Assembly (NCBI GenBank): GCA_051294375.1
Contig: CM119264.1
Coordinates: 8,740,764-8,804,763 of the forward strand
Origin: Paraspadella gotoi
Lineage: Eukaryota; Animalia; Chaetognatha
Direction: 5' to 3'
DNA length: 64,000 bases
The notes beneath the pieces were generated by a model. That model was given only the letters and a program-made list of their open reading frames with translations. It ran no database searches and was not told where the DNA came from. The translations under genes were made by a program, and so were the position numbers. Numbering within the stretch: the first letter of the stretch is position 1; each line of letters opens with the position of its first letter. Positions 52,808 to 64,000 of the stretch are shown one piece after another.

Positions 52808-55800
52808 CTGGGACATCGATTCAAATGATTGGTCTTATTACTTTGATTGATTTGATTGATCTTATGATTTTATTTAATTTAATTGATTCTTTTATTTTGA
52901 TTTGTTTCAATAGGTTGATTCCATTGATTTATTTCGATTTGATACGTGCGCCTATTTTATTGATTAAATGAAATATTTATATTATGTAATATTTACTTGG
53001 TCTCAATAATTATTCGTTTCCTCCTCGTCAAGGGGGAAAAGGTATTTTTTTCCCCCCAAAGAATAATCGATATTTAATTACGAATTCTAAATCAACGCAG
53101 GAATCGTTAAAACACAATCAATATTCTATTTTTTCCTCCACTCCTCTTTTCCCGTCAATAATCTCAGCTTCTCCCGTTTCCCTTCTTTTCCACAACTTCA
53201 GCCGCACAACCACAACCACAACCACAATCGGTGGTTCCGCCACATCTACTCATCCGCGCGACTCTCTGCAGCAACCTCTCTTTCTCTTCGAAGGAGATGA
53301 AGACTTTGCACANNNNNNNNNNNNNNNNNNNNNNNNNNNNNNNNNNNNNNNNNNNNNNNNNNNNNNNNNNNNNNNNNNNNNNNNNNNNNNNNNNNNNNNN
53401 NNNNNNNNNNNNNNNNNNNNNNNNNNNNNNNNNNNNNNNNNNNNNNNNNNNNNNNNNNNNNNNNNNNNNNNNNNNNNNNNNNNNNNNNNNNNNNNNNNNN
53501 NNNNNNNNNNNNNNNNNNNNNNNNNNNNNNNNNNNNNNNNNNNNNNNNNNNNNNNNNNNNNNNNNNNNNNNNNNNNNNNNNNNNNNNNNNNNNNNNNNNN
53601 CCCCCCTCTCTCTTGTCCTCCTTTTTCCTCTCCAACGGTTATATTCCTTTCAAATTTTCCGGCTGAACCTAAAGCCACTGAGGGGTCAGCGGGAAAACCA
53701 GTTAACAAAGCTCGTAGACCGGAATGTCCCGAGAGCGCTTCGTAGTGAAGATAGGGGTTGGATCCGGGGTTTTCTCCATGTCTCGCTTACCCTCTCTGTC
53801 TCATCGAGATAATCGCTGCACTAAAGGCTCATTGTCTGACGCTGTTCGATCATGGAGGACGAGAGGACCAGTCTCCCTCTTTTTTTCTCTCTCTCACTCT
53901 CCATCTCTCTCTTTGACTTCAGTCTTCTTCAACAACGACACCTCACTCATAACTTCGATCTCTAAATTCAACGCCATTTTCTCTTTTCCTTCCCTTTTTT
54001 TTCAATTTCACCCAAATTTTCTTCTTTGATAATTTTCTTTGATACAAAATTTTTTATTGTCCTCGGCTATGTTCGCTAACTATTTATTTTTCCTGCTTTA
54101 ATAAAAGTTTATCGTCGACTATTTACTTCCCGAGATAACCTTTTTATAGCTAAACCGTTGGTTCACCTTTCGCTATACTTATCCTAAATTTGACAGCCAG
54201 TTAATATTGTCCAACGTTTTTATGATCCTCGTTTTTCATTTTCTCTCTTTTTCTCTTCCCATTCCCTCCTTTCCTTCCTCACAATCACAAAAACGTCTCC
54301 CCCGTTAAACGATTCCATTTTTTTATTCGGTTTTCCCTTATGTTCTCAAATTGGCTTTAATTTTATTCGGTTTTTATACATCTCTGTTACCTATTCTATG
54401 TTATTAGATGATATCCTGGGAGTTTTTGCTCAAATATTTCATTTTGTTTATGTAAATTTATCGCTCAATTTTCGTGTCCTTCGCGATTAAGTTTCTTTTC
54501 CTTTTCCTTATCTTTTTCTTCTCTCTTTCCTTTCCTTCTCCCAATCCTCCCGATTTTCCACTCCTTCTCCCCGCCCTCGAGGCCCGGGGCCTCCCATGCG
54601 TGTCCTCCCCCTTCATTGTGGTGATGAACACAACACATAAACTCAATGGCGCAGATCCGAAGCTTTTTTAGTCACAAAAATAACTCCCGGGAAAAATGGC
54701 GGAGGACACTGGGGTTGGATAACAATGAGAGANNNNNNNNNNNNNNNNNNNNNNNNNAAGAGAGAGATTGTATTTACGAAATACGAAAATCATAGCGGCC
54801 CCGTCTACGAACCTGCGCGATCACACAGCGAAAACAGTTTTCTCAGCCGAATTCACTTCTCCCCAGCATCTCCTGACTTCCCCCACGGCCTCCAGAGAGG
54901 TCGGCGGCTTCCAATGTTTTCTCCCGGACATTGGATTTACCAAGAGGAAACAGTTTTTCCCTCATTTCTTATTACATTTTTTTTTTTTTCACGCATTTTA
55001 ATTAAAAAATCAAAATATGTTTAGGTTTTTTTTTTTTTCCATCTTTCCTTCATTGGCTGCTTTTCTTCTGCTTCGCTTCCTCATCATTCTCTCTCTGTCC
55101 TCACCCGATCCACCCGCCCAGCCTGCCCCCGCCCATTCTCGCGCCACCAAAGGATCAGCGACCGAGGAGGGAGCCGGCTATAACAAGAAGCGGTCGGTCT
55201 AAGCATATCGAAATGGCCTAGCGTCGTAGTACGTCTTAGTCGATCGCCCACTAATACGCCGTAGCCCGTCATGCGTCGCCATCCTAACTGTCTATTGCGT
55301 CACGTCCGTCGTCATCAGTCGTTGTTGTTGGCGGGAACCGACGGGCGGAAAAACGGTGAGACGAAGATATTTGAGGCGAAATCGAAGTCACGCTTACTTA
55401 TCTGCCCTAGGGGTGAAGCGAGTTGTATGTTGTTGTTTTGTTAGTTGACAGAGAGAAGATATATCGATTAAGTTGGGGGCGTAAGAGAGGTTTCGGTAGG
55501 TGGGGGAGAGGAAAGACTTGAATCGGAACTGAAACGCCTGGGGGAGAGAGAAGAGAGAGAGAGAGAAGAAGAGAGGAGAGAGAGAGCGAGAGAGAGAGAG
55601 AAGGAGGAATGAGAGAGAGATGAGGGAGAGGAGAGAGTGGTGTGATTGTAAAAAGAAGAAGAGCGTTAGAGACCAGTACCAGAAGAGAGCCAGGTGATAG
55701 AAAGAAACTAGCTCGAAGAGACTGGTGGTTAAGAAGAGCAAGCGGAATTGAACTGAAGGAGGAGGAAAATATAAAATTGAAAATATGAAATTCCAATACT

Positions 55801-57777
55801 GAAAAGAAAAATTAATACAAAGTGATTTTTTGGAGACATAAAATTAGTGAGACAAGGTTGGAAAGCGCACTACAAAGAAAATTGCGTTTGTACCACATTG
55901 TGGTCTAAAAGAAGATAAAAAAAATTGTTTATGTAAATTTGTGCGAAAAATATCTAAATAGGGTGGTGGGGAAATTATTAATTATGAAAAACTAAGGCAA
56001 GTAGAAAGTCACAATATAGTTTAGAGATTAAAGGTTCATTGCTGTGAAAAGATCAAGAGGGGAAAAAAAAAAGAAAGAAGTGAATGGATAGAAAAGGAAA
56101 TGAAAAATGAGGGACGATGGACGGGGAGAATATCAAATTGTTGCAAAAAAGGATTAAAGGTTTAAAGGAAATTTATGTCTCTCCAAGCTTGGAGACACAA
56201 CCAAACAGAGGGGGTAACGTCTGGCTTCTGTTTAATTTGAATCGCACAACCTTAAAGCGCTTAAATAAACCACGAACTTTGAACCACGATATCAATTTTA
56301 AAACCAACAACCAAAAACCTTGTATCTCTGTGAATTGAGTAATGAAAATACAATTTTTTATTAATGGTAAGTTAAAGTTTAAAATTGTAAGCAGACAAAA
56401 ACTTTGGTTGATGGAATGCAAAAAAAGAAAAATAACCCAAAACAAAACACAAGTTTCAAACTAGTTTTATTTAAAAAGACCGTTATATTTAACATACGTA
56501 ACACATACAAACCAGAAGAGTACTGGGAAATAAAGAGGCGAACGGTTCAGACAAAATTCAGTATTCATTCGGATTTTCAGCCATCGTCAACACATTGAGA
56601 TTGAGCCGGAGAAGGATTACAAATAGTGCGTCCGGATTTCAGATTTTTGGGAATCAACCGATTTCATAACTCGACTCAATAACGATGACAATTTTTCGGA
56701 AAGGGATAACCGGGAAGAAGCACAAAGCGTCGCATGCGACGGGTTGCCAGATTCCCCCCCTTGGCGAAGGATCGGCGCAAACCAATGACAAAGTCGGTCC
56801 TAATCGCGTGTGATGGTGGTCGGCGCCAAAGGTTAGTTTAAAGAGCAGAGTTTAGTAAAAAAAAAAAGGTGTTGAAAGATTGAAATTGAATAAACTGAAA
56901 TAAATAAGAAGTAATTGAAGAAGGTAAAAAATTGGCTTCGGTAGAGATTAAAGACAGTGGAGCAAAGATCTGCCAAAAAAAGAAAAAGAGATATGATATG
57001 AGGAAAACTACCGATGAATATTACAATAATATAAGAAAGTACAAACTAAAGCGATTAAAGATGAATAGAAGATGTAAAATGAAAGGACATAAAAGAACGG
57101 CAGAAAAGAAAAGGGGCGAGAATATGAAACGCAAAATATGACGACGAAAAAGGTTGACATTTATTCTCTTTTTTTTTTTTCCCCACGGGAGTCGAGAAGG
57201 ACAACCTTTTTGCCGCGGAGCGAGAGTCCAATCAATTTGACTCTCTAGTCTCTTCTTCACGTCGTTCTCCTCCTCTTCTCCTTCCCGTCTGCCTCGCCTC
57301 GGCTCTCTTCTCTCTCCCTCATAGTATCATTAACTACAAAACACAAGTTCGTCTCATCCTCTCTGGGGGGGGGTTTCGGGGGGTCTCCGCCTTCATCTCC
57401 CTCCCCCTCTGCGTCATCTCCATCTTCTCCATCCTTGCTCTGTTCCCTCTCCTCTCGTCTCCCTCTCCTCTCTCTCTGCTCCTCTCTGCTCTTCGTCTCT
57501 CTTCTCTCGTCTTCTCCCTTCTTCTTTCCGCTTTTCCCGGTTGGCCTAAGCATCATTACTCAATCCTTTATTTCACAAATTCTTTTTTTTTTTTTCCGCT
57601 TCCATCGATAAAAAAAACCTCAGCTGACCCGTTTGCCCCCATTCCATCCATTCATTCACCGTCCGTCCCTCTCTCGATCTCATCGCCTCTCTCGATCTCT
57701 CGCTCTCCTGCTCTCCCTCGTCTCTCTTCAGACCATCTCTCGTAGTTTCTCTCTCTATCTCTCTTCCTCGATCTCTC

Positions 57778-57809
<32 letters not shown>

Positions 57810-58656
57810 GTCTTCTCCTCGTTCTCTCTCTCTCCCCCTCTGGAGAGAGAGAGAGAGAGAGAGAGAGACGGTGGATGAATGGATGGGGTGCAACGGTCGT
57901 GAGTTTATCGATGGAAGCGGAAAAAAAAAAGAATTTGTGAATAAAGGATTGAGTAATGATGTTAGGCAACCGGGAAGCGGAAAGAGAAGGAGAAAGAGAG
58001 AGAGAGNNNNNNNNNNNNNNNNNNNNNNNNNNNNNNNNNNNNNNNNNTCTCTCTCTCTCTCTCCTCATCTTCCTCCCGTTCTCTCTCTCTCCTCTCTCTA
58101 TCCTCCATGCTCTCCTCTCTCTCCTCTTCAGCTCTCATCTGTCTCTCTCTCTACTCTCTCTTCTCTCTCTCTCTCTTCTCACTTCCTCTCTTCCTTCCGC
58201 GGTCTTGCTCAGCATGCATTACTCAATCCTTTATATACAAATTCTTTTTTTTTCCGCTCCATCGATAAACCTCACGACAGTCAAGCACACCCATCGAGAG
58301 AGAGAGAGAGAGAGAGTCAATTGATGGCTCTCGCTCCGGCAAAAGGTTGCCTTCGACTCCCGGGGAAAAACAAAGAGAATAAATGTCAACCTTTTTCGTC
58401 GTCATATTGCGTTTCATTCTCGCTTTTCTTTCTCCGTCTTTTTATGCTTTCATTTATCTTCTATTCATTTTATCGCTTAGTTTGTATTTTTTATTATGTA
58501 TTTATCGTAGTTTTCTCATATCATAATCTCTTTTTTTTTTGGCAGATCTTTTCACTGTTGTTCTACCGAAGCAATTTTTCAATTACTTATTTATTTTCAG
58601 TTACAATTTTTTAATCTTTCAACCTTTTTTTTTATAACTCTATTGTCTTAAACTAC

Positions 58657-58896
58657 CTTTGGCGCCCGACACCAACAGCGATAGGACCGACTTTTTCATT
58701 GTTTGCGGCGGATCGTCGCAAGGGATCTGGCAACTCCGTCGATGCGACGCTTTGTGCCTCCCGTTTCCCTTCCGAAAAATTGTCATCGTTTGAGTCGAGT
58801 TATGAAATCGGTTGATTCCAAAAATCGAATCCGACGCCATTTGTAATCCTTCTCCGCTCAATCTCAATGTGACGATGGCGAAAATCCGAATGGAAT
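58657..58896 (-). CDS. Ig-like membrane protein, extracellular exon
   Basis: aattcag acceptor, 240 nt open, phase 1 at both ends: SIRIFAIVTLRLSGEGLQ...CQIPCDDPPQTMKKSVLSLLVSGAK. The donor is AAAG|gtagtt (gttagt in the duplicate arm). It joins the 52807 exon in frame. Confidence 0.6.
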
Positions 58897-59696
58897 CTGA
58901 ATTTGTCTGGAACCTTTGCTCTTGATTTCAGATTCTCTGGTTTGTATGAACGTATGTAAATATAACGGTCTTGATAAATAAAACTAGTTTGAATGTTTGT
59001 TTTGTTTTTTTTTTTTTTGCATTCACCAGTTTTGTTGCTTACATTTTTTAACTTACTTAATAAAAATTGTATTTTCATACTCATTCACGAGATACAAGGT
59101 TTTGGTTGTGTTTTAAAATTGATATCGTGGTTCAAAGTCGTGGTTTAAGGTTTAAGGTTGTGGATTCATTAAGCAGAAGAGACTTACCCCTCTGTTTGGT
59201 TGGTCTCAAGCGGAGAGACATAAATCCTTTAAACCTTTAATCCTTTTGCACAATTGATATTCTCCCCGTCGCACTCTCATTTTCATTCTTTTCTATCCAT
59301 TCACTTCTTTTTTTCCCTCTTGACTTTCACACAATGAAACTTTAACTCAACTATATGATGACTTTCTTTACTTTGCTTTGTTTTTCATAATAATGTTCCC
59401 CCCACCCTATTTAGATTTTTTTCGCAATTTACATAAAAATTTTTTTTTTATCCTTCTTTGACACGATTGTACAACGCAATTCTTTGTGCGCTCCAACTTG
59501 TCTCACTAATTTTTTGTCTCCAAAAATCACTTTTATTAATTTTCTTTTTTCAGTATTAAATTTCATATTTTCATTATTTCTCCTCCTTCAGTTCATCCGT
59601 GCTCTTCTTACACAGGTCTCGAGCTAGTTTTTTCTATCACTCTGGCTCTCTCTGTCTTTCTCTAACGCCTCTTTTTTTATCACATCACACTCTCTC

Positions 59697-59786
<90 letters not shown>

Positions 59787-59946
59787 AGTCTTTTGTTTCA
59801 GTTCCGATTCAGTCTTTCCTCTCCCCCACCCGAACTCTCTTCGCCCCAACTTAATTCGAATCTCCGTCTAACAACAAAAACAACAACAACAACCGCTCAC
59901 CCTGGGCGTGAAGCGTGACTTCGATTTCGCTCAAATCTCGTCTCAC

Positions 59947-60110
59947 GTTTCCGCCGTCGGTCGCCAACAACAACGACGATGACGACGACGACGAAGACGA
60001 GGATGGCGACGATGACGGAGCGAAGGGCGACGACGAAGACGACGACGACGCTGGCCATTTGATGCTTAGACCGACGTCTTGTTTATAGCGGCTCTCCTCG
60101 GTCGCTGATC
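59947..60110 (-). CDS. Ig-like membrane protein, Ser-rich exon
   Basis: Phase-1 entry gives (G)SATEESRYKQDVGLSIKWPASSSSSSSPFAPSSSPSSSSSSSSSLLLATDGGN, then a gtgaga donor. The duplicate arm reads acg|gtgag, supplying the extra G needed for a phase-1 exit. Confidence 0.5.
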
Positions 60111-60519
60111 CTTTGGGCGCGAGAATGGGCGGGGGCGGGGGCGGGGTGGATCGGGGAGAGAAGGGAGCAGAAGGGGAGCAGAGAAAGAGGAAAAAAAAAC
60201 GTAAATATTTGATGTTTAATTAAAATGGAAAAAAAAAGAAGGAAAGAGGGAAACTGTCCTCTTGGTTATGTCCGGGGAAAACATTGGAAGCCGCCGGACT
60301 CTCTGGAGGCCGTGGGGGAAGTCAGGAGATCGTTGGAGAAGTGAAGCGAAAAATGTTTCGCTGGTGATCGCTCGGTTTCGAGACGGGGCGCTATGATTTC
60401 GATTCGTAATACATTGGTAATACATTATGTAATAAAAAATACAAGGCTTGTGCAATAATAATGAATATCTTTCGTTCTCGTTTGAAATTACCTACAAACA
60501 GCAAGGGCTATGGGGCTGT

Positions 60520-60894
60520 ATGGGAATGAACCTTTCCTCTCATTCACTTACATTTGGGGCTCTGAATGAAGTAGGCGTTATTGGGAATGACCTTTTACGC
60601 CAATTCTCTTACCTTTGGGGCTATGAATGAAAGAAGCGAGTCTAAGAATGATCATTTTCTCCAATTAAATTTCCTTTGGGGCTCTGAAGAAAGTAGGCAT
60701 TTATGGAAATGACGCTTTACTCTCATTCACTTACCTTTGGGGCTCTGAATGAAGTAGACATGTCTAGGACAGACCCTTTACTCTCATCACTTACTTTTGG
60801 GGCTCTGAATAAAGTAGGCATGTATGGAAATGACGCTTTACTCTCAGTCACTTACCTTTGGGGCTCTGAATGAAGTAGGCGTGTCTGGGAATGA
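60520..60894. repeat. 61-bp minisatellite (~6 units) spanning an exon/intron junction
   Basis: The unit cacttacctttggggctctgaatgaagtaggc.tgt.tgggaatgac.ctttactctcat recurs at 60-61 bp spacing. Confidence 0.9.
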
Positions 60895-61018
60895 TTTCTC
60901 CCTCGATCACTGTCCGCGTCTTCGAGTCTCTGATTGACCAGGAGACGTTTCGCGGCGGCAGCGGCGGCGAGGATCGGACGGTGCAGGAAAGGTTGGTCGT
61001 CGCCGCCGTCGTCGGGAC
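60856..61018 (-). CDS. Ig-like membrane protein, exon with the Ig B-strand Cys and C-strand Trp
   Basis: ctcctgctgcag acceptor and AAAG|gtaagt donor, phase 0 to 1. Reads VPTTAATTNLSCTVRSSPPLPPRNVSWSIRDSKTRTVIEGEIIPRHAYFIQSPK; the LSCxVxSxP...VxW pattern is Ig-like. Confidence 0.7.
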
Positions 61019-61404
61019 CTGCAGCAGGAGGAGTGGACGTGGCACAGGATTCAATAGAATAGATTATGGTCCGGCGGGCGACGTTTCGACAAACCATAGT
61101 GTGTTGAATCGGATACAAAAAGGGCAAAAACCAAATACGAAAAGACGACAATGACAAGGACGAAGAGGAAGAAGAAGACTACTTTAGTACGAACAAAAAC
61201 AACCATTTCTGTAGATAAGGTTCTTTTAAACGAACACTGCTCCTCGTATTTCGAAGTCAATATTTCTGATTCCGTAGAGAATTGTAAAAAAGCCTTCAGA
61301 CCTTGTCTCTGAGCTCGACCGCCAGGAGCGAGGATACCTAGTCAATGAGGTTGCGCGCTTCTCTCTCTCTCTCTTCTCCTCTCTCTCCTTCTCTCTCTCT
61401 CTCT

Positions 61405-61438
<34 letters not shown>

Positions 61439-61561
61439 CTTCTCTGTGTGTGTGTGTCTCTCTCTCATGGAATCGACGCTAAGCGACGGAGAAAGAGTCG
61501 TCTAGAGGAAAAACAACGCTAAAACAGAAAAAAGACGAGAGAGAGAAGAGAGAGAGGAGAG

Positions 61562-61612
<51 letters not shown>

Positions 61613-62063
61613 AGACGAGAGAGAGAGGAAGAGAGAGAGAGAGAGAGGAGGAGGAAGCGTAAACGATAAATGATGTTTGCCCAGTTGGCATTGTCGTTGT
61701 TGTGACCTTTTTTTGTTGTCTTTTTCGTTGCATCTTTTGACTTTTCGTCTTTTCCCTTTTTCCTTGTCGTTGTCTTTTTCTCTTCCCTTCTTTTTGTTAA
61801 TACGACAATTTAAATTTTTGTTTCAAGTTACAGAAACGCGGCATTACATTACTGTCTAAAGACAGTACGTATTGTTCCACCGCAAACCCGTTCAGTATAC
61901 CTCGGTAAATCTTCTTCAGTTGTCATTTGCGGACACCAGTTCAATACAAATTTTCACGCAAAATGGACCCGGTTCTCATTTAATCGGGACTCTTTATAAA
62001 GTCTATAGTTTCATCGGCCCCGCCCTGCTGTCACAGACACGGTGTTCACCGCGGCTGTCTCAC

Positions 62064-62189
62064 CTCCCCCCCTCTATCCCGTACTGTTACCGGAATCGCT
62101 TCCATGGGGCAAACGACTTCGGGACCGAAGTGTAGACGAACCATCGTGGTGTGACGAATTTTTCCTTCGGCGAAAGATGGAGATCGGAC
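62064..62189 (-). CDS. Ig-like membrane protein, inter-domain exon; upstream exons probably lie beyond
   Basis: cattttag acceptor and GAG|gtgaga donor, 126 nt, phase 0 at both ends. Reads VRSPSFAEGKIRHTTMVRLHFGPEVVCPMEAIPVTVRDRGGE; VRLHFGP resembles an Ig G-strand/linker. Confidence 0.7.
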
Positions 62190-63607
62190 CTAAAATGTTG
62201 AGGGGGAACCTTTTAAGTGATTCATTACTTATAAATTATGAGTTTATGATTTGTTTCGTTCTTGATTGTCTCATTTACTCTTTAACATTTTTTCACGCCA
62301 TTATGAAATCATTGTTTTTATAACTTTTTGTTTTCCAATAATAATGAATTTTTTTCGTCATTTTAAGGCGTCAATAATGATTCACCAACTGATAAAACGA
62401 ATAAATAATATTCAAAAGAAAATTATTATAGAATTCGTTGAATAGTAGCCATTTCTTATTAGTAATACTGGTTTTTAGTAAGGTGTCACAGTGTTTTCTT
62501 CTTCACGACGAAGTGAGAGAAAAAAAAACCGAGAAAAATTTGGTTCATATTGCGTCGTCGGATATCGGAAGGTCACGGGATCGAATCATCGGAATATTTT
62601 TTTTTCTTTAATATCGGCTACTGCGCCGAATGTTGATCGAGTGCAAAATTTATCAGGATGGAAATATGGAAGCCTCCATCTTTTATTCCTTTTTTTCTGC
62701 CCCGAAGGTTAAATAAAAACCGAGCAGCGTTTTTGTTCAAACAAAATCCAGGACAAAGAACAAACACCGTCGGAATCAAACGTAAACAAGTCAATGTTTG
62801 GTCGTCGCGGGAAACGACGATTAAAAGAAAAAAAAATAAACAAACAAAAACGAAAAACGAGAAACCGCGAAACGATCGATAGACCGACGGTGGAAAAGAA
62901 TTTGGAGAAATATCACGGTTTCCTTTACTCTGTCGTATAAGTGAAAGCTATTGCAAATGAAGAAATAGCAAGGTCGCTCGTTTTTAACTAACTGAAATGG
63001 TTCTGCCATTTTTTGATGTTCATTCGAAGTTGATCAGCTGGATTTAAAGGAAAGGAATGATGTAAAAATGAAGCAATCGTTCATCGCGGCGGCTCCCCAC
63101 TTTTGTATGAGGAGCAGAGGACAAAAGCTGGACGTCTTTCTTTTACGAGGATTATGAACGAAGTTCACTGTAGATTTTTTACATCTCACTCCAATCTTTT
63201 TTAATAACATTTATATATATTGATATTTATATATATTTAGCATAACTTTTATTCACATTTAAAAATTGCACACGTTATTTTCGCGAAATGCTTTCCTCTA
63301 CCTAAATTTATTAGTTTCATTTCGAATGTCAAATATATTATATATGGTTTTGTGTCACCAAAAAAAGGAAGTTGATGCGAGAAAAAGCCTCTTTCTTCCA
63401 TCGAAGTCTAATACAAGCGAAACGGTGGCCGCGATTTCGTCCAAACTGCCAAGTAAATCACAGGTTTATTGCCCGCATTCTTTTCCTATGCCCGACTTTT
63501 TTATTTTTTGGGGCTGATTCTTAGTACGATCCTTTTTTACCGTTTACTATATTCCATCTCCGCACGTTTATTTCTCTCTCTCTCTTCCTCTCTCCTCTCT
63601 CTCTCTT

Positions 63608-63646
<39 letters not shown>

Positions 63647-64000
63647 CTCTCATCTCTCTCTCTCTTCTCTCCTCTTTCTCTCTCCTCATCTCGTGGGCTC
63701 GCCTGCAAGAGAACCACGTCTGAGTCCCACTTTTTACCTGAAACGTGAGATGCAGAATCTTCTTCTTGAGAAATATATTTTCCTTTTATTTATTATTTTG
63801 AGTTTCCATCAAATTCACTATTTATTTTAGTTTACGCTCTTAATCCCATTTCGCTATTCTTTTTTTATTTCCTTTCCCGCTCATCTTTTGTTCTTTAGCG
63901 TCTTTGTCTTTCTCTATCTCCCTTCTTCTTTCGACGCCCCCTCTTTCTCTCTCTCTTTTCCCATCTACCTCCCTCCCTCCTCCTCCCTCTTTCGGCCTTT

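Larger units (their letters stand above)
49975..54757. other. Gap-rich scaffold region (multiple N runs)
   Basis: N runs at 49975-50090, 50478-50782, 50910-51387, 51901-52610, 53313-53600 and 54733-54757. The same ~40 bp flanks both sides of the 50910 gap, which indicates an unmerged contig overlap. Confidence 0.95.
54769..60413. repeat. Large inverted duplication (arms ~54769-57245 and ~58310-60413), probably an assembly artefact
   Basis: The arms are collinear reverse complements that differ mainly by scattered 1-2 nt indels. The left arm is ~380 bp longer and is bounded by N gaps. Confidence 0.9.

Noticed and set aside
50442-53812. Long ORFs containing X runs
   Set aside because: They are open only because of N gaps.
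59947-60050. Alternative frame reading as a TM helix (VIVAILVFVVVVIVVVVGDRRRK)
   Set aside because: It is a by-product of GTC/TCG repeats. The Ser frame matches the flanking exon phases and a TM exon already exists at 52617-52807. Not fully excluded given the indel noise.
60520-60894. CRISPR-like periodicity
   Set aside because: The whole unit is repeated with no unique spacers, there are no cas genes, and the context is eukaryotic.
63703-63737. Possible upstream Ig exon (VKSGTQTWFSC or KKWDSDVVLLQ)
   Set aside because: It needs a GC donor or a base correction, and the frame is ambiguous.

Overview
This is eukaryotic, animal-like genomic DNA: AT-rich, with no obvious CpG depletion, GT-AG introns and very dense (GA/CT)n, (GAAA)n, (GATA)n and (AAAT)n microsatellites. 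It comes from a draft assembly with many N gaps and some stretches that look like uncorrected long-read sequence. Almost all ORFs in the supplied track are translations of microsatellite, low-complexity or N-gap sequence. Supportable content: (1) a multi-exon minus-strand gene at ~51.7-62.2 kb encoding a single-pass Ig-like membrane protein; (2) weaker minus-strand exon sets at 0.3-3 kb, 14.6-19.4 kb (with an RFX X-box upstream) and 28-36.5 kb; (3) a 5.1-kb LTR-like element (40014-45128) with near-identical 366-bp direct repeats, a decayed coiled-coil ORF and no recognisable pol; (4) two tRNA-derived SINEs, several MITEs and a DINE-1/HINE-like element; (5) a 61-bp minisatellite built from an exon end plus its splice donor; (6) a ~5.6-kb inverted duplication that is most likely an assembly artefact. 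I see no rRNA, true tRNA, CRISPR array or prokaryotic system, and I cannot claim a confirmed new biological system. The best leads are the pol-less LTR-like element with unusual ends, the splice-donor minisatellite and the recurrent (CT)n-core-(GA)n cassettes. All translations and alignments were done by eye.
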